Assembly: GCA_044226015.1 (NCBI GenBank)
Contig: JBGAHS010000002.1
Span: forward strand, 224,001-288,000
Length of the DNA: 64,000 nucleotides
Reading direction: 5' to 3'
Source: Candidatus Obscuribacteraceae bacterium
GTDB taxonomy: Bacteria; Cyanobacteriota; Vampirovibrionia; Obscuribacterales; Obscuribacteraceae
Shown here: positions 28,516 through 38,944 of the stretch, piece by piece
Layout of the letters: every line of letters begins with the position of its first letter
How positions within the stretch are numbered: the first letter of the stretch is position 1
Made by a program: the position numbers and the translations under genes
Notes under the pieces: generated by a model
The model's input: only the letters and a program-made list of their open reading frames with translations
Databases searched by the model: none
What the model was told of the DNA's origin: nothing

Positions 28516-29400
28516 CTACATCGCGTGCTGAACAATAGCCAGCAAACCATCATGTGGCACATGATAAACAGCATTGCAGAAATGGCACCTGCCTTCGGCA
28601 TCCTCGCCGGTTTTTGCCATCTCTACCAATTCTTCTTTATCGAGAACCTTAAGCGCCTGTATAAATCGCTCTTTCGAGCAGCCACAGTCAAAGCTCAGCT
28701 TTCGTTTGTAAGTAAGCTGCTGTTCGTCAATTTCAAATCCCTGCAATCCGCGTTTCAAGATTTCATCCAACTCCATTCCGCGTCGCATCAAAAACGTGAA
28801 GGTACCAAATGACGCCAGATTATTTTCCAGCATGCAGATTGTTTCTTCAGTATGGTCAGGCAAAAGCTGCACCAGCATGCCCCCCGCCGCTTCAACACCA
28901 TGGCTGCTCAAATGCACACCAACAATTAGAAACGAACCAGCGTCATGGCAGTTCACCAAATAACGATTGACGTCTTCGCCAATTTCGCCAGACACTAACT
29001 CAACAGTGGAAGTTTGCATCTGCCCGAAACCATTATCAACTGACACATGCAGATAGCCATTCGTGCCGACAGCAGCCCCAACATCAAGATTCCCCAGGGA
29101 GTTCAAAGGCAACTCAACCTGGGGATTCTCTACATAACCTCTAACTTGTCCTGTTCCTTTGGCGTCGACAACGACTTTACCGAGCGGCCCGTTACCCTGG
29201 AACTTCATGCTGACCTGCCCGCGCCTTGCCACCACCGGGGCTATAAGAGCCGCTGCTGTTAGCGCTCTCCCGAGAGCCGCAGCCGCAGTAAACGAGAGCT
29301 TGTGCTTTTGTCTTGCAGCCTCAACCAAATTGGTACTCGATGCAATAACGGCACTGATACTGCCATAGACATCCATAGCCTGGATCAAGCCATCTTCCAT
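28516..29400 (-). CDS. hslO: Redox-regulated chaperone Hsp33
   Basis: AAAALGRAL, GNGPLG, VRGYVENP, ELVSGEIGED, AAGGMLVQLLP, C-terminal CGCS...CHFC Zn motif. Confidence 0.95.
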   Translation of the reverse strand: MEDGLIQAMDVYGSISAVIASSTNLVEAARQKHKLSFTAAAALGRALTAAALIAPVVARRGQVSMKFQGNGPLGKVVVDAKGTGQVRGYVENPQVELPLNSLGNLDVGAAVGTNGYLHVSVDNGFGQMQTSTVELVSGEIGEDVNRYLVNCHDAGSFLIVGVHLSSHGVEAAGGMLVQLLPDHTEETICMLENNLASFGTFTFLMRRGMELDEILKRGLQGFEIDEQQLTYKRKLSFDCGCSKERFIQALKVLDKEELVEMAKTGEDAEGRCHFCNAVYHVPHDGLLAIVQHAM

Positions 29401-29451
29401 AACAGCACCCCTTATCAAAGTCTTTTTTATTTTAGCAGTTTCTAAGATTCT

Positions 29452-30402
29452 TCAAAAGGGGCTGTTTTTCGGTATAAGACACAGCACTCTGGCTATACCG
29501 TTCAAATCCATTAGTGGATCTAGCACATTCCAATCACGCGCACAAAATATATCAGCGACTGAATTTGCTTGGTCCACCCCTATTTCAAGAAAAACGCGTG
29601 CGCCATTTGAAAAGTCAGACGCAGGCAAATCAGCAATGTCTCGATAAAATCCTAACCCATCATCATCGCGCCCAAACAAGGCCAGCTCTGGCTCATGCTC
29701 TTTAACCTCAGGCGCAAGAGTGCCAGCATGCGCTCTGGGAATATAAGGCGGGTTACTGAGAAGCCCATCAATAGGCTTTTGAATCGAGGTCCACCAGTTT
29801 TTCCAATCGGAACATACAAGCCGCAAACGCGAATGCACATTGTACAAAATGGCATTCTTGCCTGCTATGGCGATAGCTTGAGCAGAGAGATCGCAGGCTT
29901 CGATTTCAGCGCGGGGAATTTGATTGAGTACGCAAACTGAAATAATGCCTGACCCCACGCCAATTTCAGCAAGACGCAAGCGAGGCACATTATCAGCTGG
30001 CGCAAAGGCTTTAGCTTCTTCAGCAAAGCCACTCACCCCGCAACGCTCTGTGCTGCAATCATTGAAGCCCTTGAAATAGCTTATTGCCGCATCCACTAGA
30101 ATTTCAGTATCAGCCCGCGGAATCAGCACACCAGGCTCAAGCAAAAAGCGTAATCCATAGAAATAAGTCTCACCCAAAATATATTGAAGCGGCTCTCGCA
30201 CACTGCGGCGCACAAGAATACGACGCATTTCATCAAGCTGAGCATCATCAATCAATAAACTCGGCTCTCGAAAACGATCAGCTCTGCTTCGCTGCGTCAC
30301 CGCAAGTATTATTAGCTCAGCTTCCGCCGCTGCCTCAGAATCTGCAATACCAATTTCTCTCAGCTGCGACTCTATGAATTTTGCCAGCTCTGAAATCTTC
30401 AT
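29452..30402 (-). CDS. prmC: Release factor glutamine methyltransferase
   Basis: EPLQYILG, VLIPRADTE, EIGVGSG, SNPPY, EPELAL; directly downstream of prfA. Confidence 0.95.
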   Translation of the reverse strand: MKISELAKFIESQLREIGIADSEAAAEAELIILAVTQRSRADRFREPSLLIDDAQLDEMRRILVRRSVREPLQYILGETYFYGLRFLLEPGVLIPRADTEILVDAAISYFKGFNDCSTERCGVSGFAEEAKAFAPADNVPRLRLAEIGVGSGIISVCVLNQIPRAEIEACDLSAQAIAIAGKNAILYNVHSRLRLVCSDWKNWWTSIQKPIDGLLSNPPYIPRAHAGTLAPEVKEHEPELALFGRDDDGLGFYRDIADLPASDFSNGARVFLEIGVDQANSVADIFCARDWNVLDPLMDLNGIARVLCLIPKNSPF

Positions 30403-30544
30403 CTCAAATCAACAAGCCAATTTGCTGTCATTCAATTGCTCGAAGAGCACATTCAGCATCAAACAGTAAGTCTCTGGGCAAACAGCACGAGGCACAAGCA
30501 AACAGCTCGAGGCACAAGCAAACTGCGCCAAGCATAAGACCCGA

Positions 30545-31651
30545 CTAGTTGAGCCCGCTGCCATCATCATTGATGTTTGTCTCTTCTTCGAGAAGACGCT
30601 TCTGCTCATCATGTATGCAGGCTTCGATTACTTTATCGAGGTCGCCTTCAAGAACAGACTGCAAGCCAAAGTTCATGTTCAAACGGTGGTCAGTTACGCG
30701 ATTGTCTTTGAAGTTATAAGTGCGAATTTTTTCGGATCTATCTCCGGTTCCAACCTGCGATCTCTTCGCATCAGCAAGGGCTTTCTGCCTGTTTTCCAAT
30801 TCTATTTTGAAGAGCTTTGCGCGCAAAATTTGCTTTGCACGCTCTTTATTCTGCAACTGACTTCGCTCTTCAGAACAAGCAATCATGATGCCAGAAGGCT
30901 TGTGGAAAATTCTGACGGCAGTTTCAACTTTGTTGACGTTCTGACCACCAGCACCACCTGAACGCATGGTGCTAATTTCCATATCTTTCTCATCGAGAAC
31001 AACATCAACTTCGTCTGCCTCAGGCATAACCGCTACAGTAGCGGTAGACGTATGCACGCGCCCCTGCGCTTCAGTCGCTGGAACTCGCTGCACTCGATGC
31101 ACGCCCGACTCGAATTTCAACTTCGAATAAACACTCTCGCCTCTGATGTTGACGATAATTTCTTTGTATCCGCCGACTTCTCCCGCATTGAAGTTTGCAA
31201 CCTCTGTTGTCCAGCCCATGCGGTCTGCATACTTGGAATACATGCGGTACAGGTCACCAGCAAAAATTGAGGCCTCATCACCACCTGATGCTGCGCGAAT
31301 TTCAACGATGATATCTTTTTCGTCGTTAGGGTCAGTCGGCAGAAGCAGCAGGCGGATCTGCTCAATCAGCTCTTCTTGCGCCTTTCTAGCGTCAGACAAT
31401 TCCGACTCGGCTAACTCACGCATCTCTTTGTCGGTTTCTTCGCGCAAAATTTGCTGGGCGTCGTCCACCTGTTTCTGAAGTGAGTCCCATTTGCTTTTGC
31501 TTTCGACTTTGGGAAGCAACTGCCTACGGGCTCTAGACAATCGCTTCAGGTTTTCGGGGTTGGTAACCACATCAGGGTCCGCAAGCTTGGACTCAAGATC
31601 GTTGAATGAATTGACTATGTCATCCAGTTTTCTTTTAAGTTCGAGATCCAT
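30545..31651 (-). CDS. prfA: Peptide chain release factor 1
   Basis: [14 protein letters not shown] (PxT), GAGGQNVNK (GGQ), RSEKIRTYN. Confidence 0.97.
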   Translation of the reverse strand: MDLELKRKLDDIVNSFNDLESKLADPDVVTNPENLKRLSRARRQLLPKVESKSKWDSLQKQVDDAQQILREETDKEMRELAESELSDARKAQEELIEQIRLLLLPTDPNDEKDIIVEIRAASGGDEASIFAGDLYRMYSKYADRMGWTTEVANFNAGEVGGYKEIIVNIRGESVYSKLKFESGVHRVQRVPATEAQGRVHTSTATVAVMPEADEVDVVLDEKDMEISTMRSGGAGGQNVNKVETAVRIFHKPSGIMIACSEERSQLQNKERAKQILRAKLFKIELENRQKALADAKRSQVGTGDRSEKIRTYNFKDNRVTDHRLNMNFGLQSVLEGDLDKVIEACIHDEQKRLLEEETNINDDGSGLN

Positions 31652-31743
31652 ACCAAAAACCTGTAAGCGAGTTCAGCTATCTGGGCTTTGACCACTAAAG
31701 CCAAGCTTAGATTTCTGATGGCAACATAGTTGCCGGGAAGACT

Positions 31744-31828
31744 CGGAGAGGGAGGGATTCGAACCCTCGCTACGTTTCCGCAGACAGTCTTTCCAGGACT
31801 GCACGATAGACCACTCTGACACCTCTCC
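31744..31828 (-). tRNA. tRNA-Ser (anticodon GGA)
   Basis: Minus strand GGAGAGG...CAGTC-CT-GGA-AA-GACTG, long variable arm, GGTTCGAATCC...CCTCTCC-G. Confidence 0.95.
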
Positions 31829-31900
31829 ATAAGTGCCAAGGGAATGATTATATCGCCCCTGCACTCTGTCCGCTGGTCCTTTCTTATTATTATGAAGCTC

Positions 31901-32623
31901 TTAATTCATGCGAGCCGTTTCATCCTGCCAGGCCAGCTCTTTCCAGGGCTCTAGCGGGTTGCTATTAGCTTTAAGTATTTCGAGAATGATGTCAGGGTCA
32001 TTGCTGAACTTTGGTTCTAAATTAATCTGAATGACCCGAATATTGTAAGTACCTGGTCGCACCTTGATTTCATAGGCACCAAAGGGCTCGTCGTCCGGTA
32101 ACTTAATGTCATCAAACTGAGCGCCCATCGTCAGGTGCCCGTAGTCACAGAGAATCAAGCGACTACCCGCAGCCATAATCGACCCACTCATTTCACGAGC
32201 GCCACTCAGCAAAACCGGCTCGTGCTTGATTTCAATTCTCCATTCGCCACGCTTTCCGGTCGAACAACCGAGAAACCTGTAACGCCCCATCTGCTCAATA
32301 AAATGCTCTTGCAGCTTGTCCCAGTCCCAGAAATTAGAGACGAAGGACGCATAACAAGCTGGGTCATAAATGGCGAAGAGCGAGAATTCATCGTTTACAG
32401 GGTAGCGCCCATATTCCGCGGGCTTTGTCTCGAGAACGCTACCGTCCCCGTCTTCCCCGCCGTTCATCTCATTCATCCAGCGATAAGTCAACGCGTTGAT
32501 CTTCTCGCCTGGAACCAGCTTGCCCATAACCGCATCGCGCCGGCACGCCCAAATATCGGCGCGGCTGGACATACGCGTCAATATTTTTCCGTTCGGGAGT
32601 CTGATGGCTGAAGGTTCGCCCAT
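31901..32623 (-). CDS. Hypothetical protein
   Basis: 240-aa globular-looking ORF between tpiA and tRNA-Ser. Confidence 0.65.
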   Translation of the reverse strand: MGEPSAIRLPNGKILTRMSSRADIWACRRDAVMGKLVPGEKINALTYRWMNEMNGGEDGDGSVLETKPAEYGRYPVNDEFSLFAIYDPACYASFVSNFWDWDKLQEHFIEQMGRYRFLGCSTGKRGEWRIEIKHEPVLLSGAREMSGSIMAAGSRLILCDYGHLTMGAQFDDIKLPDDEPFGAYEIKVRPGTYNIRVIQINLEPKFSNDPDIILEILKANSNPLEPWKELAWQDETARMN

Positions 32624-32726
32624 AAATGGTGCCTGATATCGTGTGCAACAGAAACAAGCTCACGCCAGAGCAAAGCATGCTTCGCCCTTGTCATACCACT
32701 AAAATGCACCATTTTAACGGGTCGCG

Positions 32727-33527
32727 CTAAGCCTTAGCAGCACTCAATCGCGGGCGCTTGCTCGCGGACTTGATTATTGAGAGGAAATCTTCTGGCTTCA
32801 AGCTGGCGCCGCCAATCAAGCCGCCGTCGATTTGCTCTTCCGCAAGAAGCTCGTCAGCGTTTTTCGCGTTCATGCTTCCACCGTAGAGAATCGGCACTTT
32901 ATCAGAATCATCTTTGTCTTCGAGGAATTGCTTTAGCGTATTGCGAAGCACAGAAATTACGCGACTGGCTTCTTTAGCCTCGCAGGTCTTTCCGGTTCCG
33001 ATTGCCCAAACTGGCTCATAAGCGATGACAACTTTCATCAGTTCTGGAAGGGTGAGCCCTGTCAATGCGGCACCGACCTGGCGCTTAACCACGGGGTCGG
33101 TGAGGTTGTTTTCGCGCTCATCAAGCAACTCGCCAACACAGATTACTGGCACCAGACCCTGATCTAGCGCAGCTTTGACTTTGAGTGGAACCGATTGGTT
33201 AGTTTCACCATAATACTGACGGCGCTCGGAATGTCCGATGATTACGTACTTGCAGCCTGCATCCACGAGCATCTTCGCGGACACTTCACCGGTGTAGGCG
33301 CCTGATTCATGCTCATCCAGGTTCTGTGCGCCAACCTTGACTACGCTGCCGCTGGCCGCGCTGACTGCCACATCGAGGCTTGTGAAAGGAGGAAAAACGA
33401 CAATTTCGGGCAATACACTTTCGCCCTTGACACCTTGTGCAATTCCATCAACCAGTTCTTTTGCCTCAGCTCTGAGCTTATTCATCTTCCAGTTGCCGGC
33501 AATAATGGTCTGTCTTTGGTAGGTCAT
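32727..33527 (-). CDS. tpiA: Triosephosphate isomerase
   Basis: IAGNWKMN, GAYTGEVS, IIGHSERR, IAYEPVWAIGTG, ILYGGS, DGGLIGGASL. Confidence 0.98.
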   Translation of the reverse strand: MTYQRQTIIAGNWKMNKLRAEAKELVDGIAQGVKGESVLPEIVVFPPFTSLDVAVSAASGSVVKVGAQNLDEHESGAYTGEVSAKMLVDAGCKYVIIGHSERRQYYGETNQSVPLKVKAALDQGLVPVICVGELLDERENNLTDPVVKRQVGAALTGLTLPELMKVVIAYEPVWAIGTGKTCEAKEASRVISVLRNTLKQFLEDKDDSDKVPILYGGSMNAKNADELLAEEQIDGGLIGGASLKPEDFLSIIKSASKRPRLSAAKA

Positions 33528-33747
33528 TGTTTAGAGCTCCGTTGTTTCTTTTCGCAAAGCGAAAAACAGGATTTCGCAGAGTTACGACTCTGCCACCATG
33601 GTTTGGTCAACATTCAGGCGAATTTTATCGTCCTGATTGGCATCCTATTATAAGGCTTCAGTCAGGCAAGCAAAATTGCCTTACAATTGTTTTCAGACCA
33701 TTGCTTCACAGCTTGGCAAGTCTCACCCCGATACCCGCTGAAATTGG

Positions 33748-35067
33748 ATGTCCCAGGAAACAGTGACTGAACCGGAACAATACGGCACACTTCTTGAGCA
33801 GGCGCGCCGTTTGTTCGAAATCTCAGACCTTTCAGGCTCGTTCTTACTCCTGAAAGAGCACTGGCTAAGCGCTCCGCACGACGTTTGTGCGGTTCAACTC
33901 GTATGCGAAATCATGCGAAAAAATGGCAAACAAGATCTCTACAAACATCTGAAAGTCCTTGCGCAGAGCCAGGAAGCGCTGCTCAATAATGTGCAAGCAA
34001 TGTTTGAAGCTGGCTACCATTTCATTGAAGAACGAGAGCCAGAATTAGCGGTTATGCTGCTGAAACGATGCGCACAACTTGAGCCCGATCAAAGTGTAAT
34101 CAGATATGAACTTGGTTTTGCCTTGATGCAATTGCGCCGATTTCAGGATGCAATTGAGCAATTTGAAGAACTGCTGCAACACGATGGAGACTTTGATACT
34201 CGCCTAAACCTCGCCGTGTGTCACTCACTCACAAGAAACTTGAAACGAGCAAAAGAGCTAACCAAAGAACTCGAACGCCTCGTCGCAAATCAGGAGGAGA
34301 AAAAAGAACTAGCGCTGCGAAACTGGGTGATAAAGCGCCTGGAGAAATTCGACAGCAAACAGCAAATGGGAATTCGCGACTGGGTCTATTCACTTTACGG
34401 TTCTGTTTTGCTCAGCGACACAAATCCGAAATCACTTGATGGAAAAGCAAGAGGAGATGCGGCAGATTACCCGGGCGTGGCAAGTACACTCCTTGTTCTG
34501 AATGGATTATTGAAAGAACTCGGACTGAATTTCGACACAATAGAGTACTACAGCCCAATGTCGCGTCCACTGGCTGAGGCATTTGGCTTGATGTTAGATC
34601 TACCTGTAGACATTTATCGAGGTCCTGACAGGAAAGAATCGGCACTACTGATGATGGCATGGGCTTCAGACATAATAGGTCCGCACAGGTCATTCGTGCC
34701 GCATAGCCCACGCCGCAGTATTTTTGCCTACGGGCTCACAACTATGGCACAGCTGCCTGTCACCCCAGATATCATCGGGTGCCTTTCTGCTGATTGCTCG
34801 ATGCCCTGGGCTAAGGAATTGGATGAGTTAGATCCCAACGAAATCAAACCCAAGACCGACAAACAACACCCAATGAATAAAATTCAGGAAGAAGCAACAA
34901 ATCAGATTTTGGACAAATTGCGCAACCTCGAATCACATCCAGAAATTCTCAATCAAATTGAACAGCTGCACAGCTATTACAACAGCAAGCGCGAATGGCT
35001 TGTGCTCGACAATGCAAAGAATTTTCCAGAGCGTCCGGAATATACAGCTGAGATTCCTATCTCATGA
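33748..35067 (+). CDS. TPR-containing hypothetical protein, coupled to cobS
   Basis: RYELGFALMQLRRFQDAIEQFEELL TPR; stop overlaps cobS start (ATGA). Confidence 0.8.
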   Translation: MSQETVTEPEQYGTLLEQARRLFEISDLSGSFLLLKEHWLSAPHDVCAVQLVCEIMRKNGKQDLYKHLKVLAQSQEALLNNVQAMFEAGYHFIEEREPELAVMLLKRCAQLEPDQSVIRYELGFALMQLRRFQDAIEQFEELLQHDGDFDTRLNLAVCHSLTRNLKRAKELTKELERLVANQEEKKELALRNWVIKRLEKFDSKQQMGIRDWVYSLYGSVLLSDTNPKSLDGKARGDAADYPGVASTLLVLNGLLKELGLNFDTIEYYSPMSRPLAEAFGLMLDLPVDIYRGPDRKESALLMMAWASDIIGPHRSFVPHSPRRSIFAYGLTTMAQLPVTPDIIGCLSADCSMPWAKELDELDPNEIKPKTDKQHPMNKIQEEATNQILDKLRNLESHPEILNQIEQLHSYYNSKREWLVLDNAKNFPERPEYTAEIPIS

Positions 35068-35831
35068 ACATGTTTCGAAAGCTGGCTCTAACTGCAGCTT
35101 ACATTACTAGTTTTCCCGGACTACCGCGAGCCGAGACCGAGGAAGATTTAGAGGGTTTAGCAAAATATCTGCCAACGGTAGGCACCGTCATTGGTGCCAT
35201 CGTATTTGCAGGAGCCTACGCTTGCGACTTGCTTTCGCACGAGCGCATACTCAGCTCATTTCTAACAGTTGGACTCTGGCTGCTTGTTACTGGCGCTATT
35301 CATCTTGATGGATTGATGGACACAGCTGACGGACTTTTCTCGCATCGAAGTCGCGACCAGATGCTTTCAATTATGAAAGACAGCCGAGTCGGAAACTTCG
35401 GAGCAATTTCCGGAGTTATGTTGCTCCTTGCAAAAATTATTGCGCTTTATTCACTAGAGCCTGGATGCATGAAGATGGCAGCGCTCTTGCTTATTCCAGC
35501 CTGGGCTCGCTGGTCTGAAGTTTTTGCGATCGTCTGCTTCCCTTACGCAAAGCAAGAGGGAATGGGCAAAGTATGGCACGAGAGTAGCAAGGTTTGGGAT
35601 CTTGCCTGGTCTGCAATCGTTCCATTAATCGTTACAGTCGCAATCGCAGCGAGCTGCCAGAACGCCTTACCCTTTATCGTAATGGTGGCAACAGCAGGCA
35701 CTGGAATCTTGTTCGCGCTGCGGGTCCACAATATTCTCTACGGGCATACAGGTGACACTTATGGCGCCACTGTCGAATTTTCCGAAGCCGCCGCACTTAT
35801 AATTCTGGCGTTGATGCAGTGCTGGATTTGA
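35064..35831 (+). CDS. cobS: Cobalamin 5'-phosphate synthase (adenosylcobinamide-GDP ribazoletransferase)
   Basis: TGAIHLDGLMDTADGL, IMKDSRVGNFG, GHTGDTYGA.VE. Confidence 0.93.
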   Translation: MNMFRKLALTAAYITSFPGLPRAETEEDLEGLAKYLPTVGTVIGAIVFAGAYACDLLSHERILSSFLTVGLWLLVTGAIHLDGLMDTADGLFSHRSRDQMLSIMKDSRVGNFGAISGVMLLLAKIIALYSLEPGCMKMAALLLIPAWARWSEVFAIVCFPYAKQEGMGKVWHESSKVWDLAWSAIVPLIVTVAIAASCQNALPFIVMVATAGTGILFALRVHNILYGHTGDTYGATVEFSEAAALIILALMQCWI

Positions 35832-36111
35832 GTAAACTGCGGTCCCAAAAATCTCGAATGGACACTTAAGCTCGCCTCTCTGACGATGCGCCGTTACCAA
35901 AGCCAATGCTGCGGCAGTTTGAACAGGAAGTCGAAATACTACATTCTATGTCATGGAGTTGCCTTTTGCATCAGGGCGGGACAAGATGTTGATTCCCCCA
36001 ACAAGTAAGCGATCCATTCGTCAAGCGAGCCATTAACGCTATAAGTTGGCGATGTTGGGACCATTCCAGTGAGATATTGAACTGAACCATCCTTTTTTGG
36101 CGATGCAGGGA

Positions 36112-36459
36112 TCATTCCCGTGGGATATTGAACTGACCCCTCCTTTCGTTGCCGCACAAGCCCCCCCCCATTAGCAAGGCTGCAGTACCGGATGAAAGAA
36201 ATGTTTCCTTTGACGAATTTTGAAAAGCAGTCGAACCCTCATTCTTAGATGATGATACGATGATTGAAATGATTTCCGTGATTTTGTACAGTGGCACATT
36301 GAGATTCAAAGCCAGCTAATCAACTGTTGGAACGCGGCCTTCTCTTTCCGCTTTACTGATAGCACGCATTAGCTTTCGACTTAAATCTTGGTCGGATTGC
36401 TCCAAATCATCCACCTGAATGACCTCTTGAAAGAGGGTGCCTAAATTCAATACTATCAT
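36112..36459 (-). pseudogene. Interrupted ORF with sigma region-3-like HTH segment
   Basis: MIVLNLG...KAEREGRVPTVD-TAG(36316-36318)-LALNLNVPLYKITEII in one frame. Confidence 0.45.
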
Positions 36460-36476
36460 TCGCTTTCATAATGGTA

Positions 36477-36691
36477 CTAACCACCCAATCGCAGACAATG
36501 TTTGTTTCCTGGAACAATGAGCTGTTGTTTTGGGTCTTTTGCAAGATTTGATGCTTTCAAGAAACAGGTCTCGGCTCTCTTAAGATCATCTGCCTTGAAT
36601 AATGAAGCACCTTGCTCATTAAGCGTGCTAAAATCTTGCGCTACCACTGGCAGTGGCATGAACCATGCATATCATTGCTGCAGTTAAGGTT
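36477..36691 (-). pseudogene. Fragment of a secreted TPR gene N-terminus (copy 1)
   Basis: MPLPVVAQDFSTLNEQGASLFKADDLKRAETCFLKA; nucleotide similarity to 37816-37999. Confidence 0.55.
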
Positions 36692-36732
36692 TTCAATAAA
36701 TATGCACTGTCGATCAACGCCGCAACGCTCGA

Positions 36733-37227
36733 CTAGCCCTTAATCTCTCGTTTGAGTTCGGGAATAGTGACGAATAGGCGATTTGAGTCCGTGGGCCAAG
36801 CCCTGAAACCACGTCTCGCGTAGAAGTGTTTGGCAGAGTCATCCTTTGCGTCTACTACAACAGCTCTCTGTCCTGCGATTTCAGAGGCAGCTAGAGCCCT
36901 CATAAGAGCATCTAGCAGCAAACTATTGCCTAGACCTTTGCCGGACCAGTTTGTATCGACTGCCAACCTGGCCAGCATCATGACCGGGATGGGATATTTT
37001 CCCAATCCTTTGCGGACGTGTTCCGGTGAGTCTTTCCAGTCGATGCCACCAAAGACAATCGTGTAGTAAGCAACAACCTTGTTGCTATCGAGAACAACGT
37101 AAGTCCTTGCCCCTTCTCGCTTTTGCGTTTGTCTGGCATAGCGCTGTAGGTAGATATTCAGAGGCTCGACGCCACAGTTAAAGCTGTTCACGTCGTGTCC
37201 TTCTTCTAGAGGACAGGGCTCTTTCAT
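36733..37227 (-). CDS. GNAT-family toxin (TacT/AtaT-like tRNA acetyltransferase)
   Basis: FNCGVEPLN.YL, VVAYY, PIPVMMLARLAVD..WSGKGLG..LL.DA, VVVDAKDDSA..FY...GF; directly downstream of DUF1778 gene. Confidence 0.9.
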   Translation of the reverse strand: MKEPCPLEEGHDVNSFNCGVEPLNIYLQRYARQTQKREGARTYVVLDSNKVVAYYTIVFGGIDWKDSPEHVRKGLGKYPIPVMMLARLAVDTNWSGKGLGNSLLLDALMRALAASEIAGQRAVVVDAKDDSAKHFYARRGFRAWPTDSNRLFVTIPELKREIKG

Positions 37228-37239
37228 TGAGCTTCAGCC

Positions 37240-37530
37240 CTATTCAAACACACTCTGTGACCTCATAAGCTTGCGCAATGCCGGGTTAGTCTTTGGCGGA
37301 TTGTCCAGGGCGTGGCAAATTGCGTTCCACTGCTCTTGTGAAACGGACATGATTTGCTGGTCTCGGATGATCTCCTGGGCGGCCGCATAGGCGTTGTCCA
37401 GGATAAACCTGCTGACCTGAGTCTGCTTGATAATCGCGGCCTGCTCAAAGGCTGACTTTTGCTCTTCAGTCACCCGTAGATTCAGGGTTTTGGCTTTGGT
37501 CGTTCTCGGTTTGCGTTGTGGTGAAGCCAT
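37240..37530 (-). CDS. DUF1778 (RHH) antitoxin, TacA/AtaR-like
   Basis: LNLRVT.EQK..FEQAA......VSRFIL..A...A..II, C-terminal ALDNPP..NPALRKL. Confidence 0.9.
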   Translation of the reverse strand: MASPQRKPRTTKAKTLNLRVTEEQKSAFEQAAIIKQTQVSRFILDNAYAAAQEIIRDQQIMSVSQEQWNAICHALDNPPKTNPALRKLMRSQSVFE

Positions 37531-37560
37531 GGTCTTTTACCAATTGTAGGGCTGTCAATA

Positions 37561-37596
37561 ATTATGGCAAATTGTGTATTCATTGTCTACACAATT
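37561..37596 (-). promoter_or_regulatory. TA promoter with overlapping palindromic operator
   Basis: Minus-strand TAGACA-17bp-CATAAT; perfect inverted repeat AATTGTGTA-N9-TACACAATT (37570-37596) over the -35 element. Confidence 0.7.
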
Positions 37597-37658
37597 CAGC
37601 CGAATCTCCGCATTCGCGTGCGCCCACGTAATTCAGTAGAGCGGTTGTCGATGGCGAT

Positions 37659-38019
37659 CTAAAAGCGCGGAAATGCGGTCGGCTGCGCACCGGCGGCTGT
37701 TGCTTTGAGCTGTGCTTCGGCAGTCATCATATCTAATTTGATTTTCTTGAGTTTTCCAGACGAATCATGAATTGCCAAAGTCGCTTTCGTTGAACTGAAA
37801 ATGCTTTTCGAATCTCCTAGAACAATGAGCAGTTGTTCCGTGTTTTTTGCAAGATTGGTGCTTTCAAAAAAAAAACAGGTCCCGGCTCTTTTACATCATT
37901 TACCTTCAAAAATGAGCACCTAGCTCATTAAGCGCGCTAAAATCCTGCGCCACCACAAGCAGTGGCATTGACCAGTATAATATTGCTGCAGTTAAGGTTG
38001 TTTTCAGTTTAGACAACAT
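37659..38019 (-). pseudogene. Frameshifted secreted TPR gene N-terminus (copy 2)
   Basis: MLSKLKTTLTAAILYWSMPLLVVAQDFSALNELGA then stop/frameshifts (A10 tract near 37866); homologous to 36508-36691. Confidence 0.55.
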
Positions 38020-38200
38020 CTGGAGGATCCCCATTCGATAGTAATAATTTTTTGCGTTTGCCAGTGGTATCATCACTTCTTTTGTACCATCTAGAGGCTG
38101 AAGAACGACCAATTCAAATAAGATATCTACTTGTCGGTTGAGCTTCCTTGTTGTTCGTGGAGGTCCACTTAAGGACTATCTTCTTGCAGAAAACGGATGG

Positions 38201-38944
38201 TCAGAGAGTTTCCTTTTCTTTCTGCAGCTCAACGATTCTTTTTTCGCAGAGCAGGGAGAGAATTTCTAAGATCGCATCGCGTGGCGGTCCGTATTCATTG
38301 AGCGCATGCTGGGCCTCGACCCGAGACCTGATCCTCAGAAATTCCTGGACCTTCTCAACGCTATCCAAATCTTGAACTTGTAGCTCCCATGACTGGAGAT
38401 ATAGCTTCCACTTGTAGCTCGCGAATTTGTCATACTCAGGCTTAAACTGCTCCAGAATTTTACTGCAAACCGCTACAAACGAATCATTTTGTTTTGAAGG
38501 GTTTGCCATCCATTTGGTTATGCGATAATTCAAATGTCGCATACAACGCTCTATTGCTAATTCCGCACAGCTGGCTTTTGACAACGCATCAGATAACTGT
38601 CTCCGTGTTTTAGGCTGCCAGATTTCATTAGCGGATGCTGCTTCGGTAGCTAGGCCTGCTTCGCCGACAAAGCTCACCACACTAGAAATTTCTTGCCGAA
38701 GTCTTGACGCGTTTTCTTTGTCCTTCTCAACAGCACCAATAATCGATCTTTTCTGTTTATAGTCTAATTTCGTGATTTCCAATTTGCTTAGTGTTGACCG
38801 GTCCCATTTCAACCGCTTATCCAGCATTTCCAGAGAATCACCATGTAATGGATAAATAGTATTTTTAAAAACTTCGAGCTGACGTGCAATTTCATCAATA
38901 TCGATTGAGGAGTTTTCTTGATCATTCATCGTGAAAAGCTCCAT
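38201..38944 (-). CDS. Hypothetical helical protein
   Basis: 247-aa ORF. Confidence 0.65.
   Translation of the reverse strand: MELFTMNDQENSSIDIDEIARQLEVFKNTIYPLHGDSLEMLDKRLKWDRSTLSKLEITKLDYKQKRSIIGAVEKDKENASRLRQEISSVVSFVGEAGLATEAASANEIWQPKTRRQLSDALSKASCAELAIERCMRHLNYRITKWMANPSKQNDSFVAVCSKILEQFKPEYDKFASYKWKLYLQSWELQVQDLDSVEKVQEFLRIRSRVEAQHALNEYGPPRDAILEILSLLCEKRIVELQKEKETL

Noticed and set aside
31744..32623. Integrative element at tRNA-Ser or tRNA-Val
   Set aside because: No integrase and no duplicated tRNA 3' end was found in the window.
36316..36318. Pyrrolysine or amber readthrough
   Set aside because: Lies in a pseudogene-rich tract; a GAG-to-TAG nonsense change is simpler, and no pyl genes are seen.
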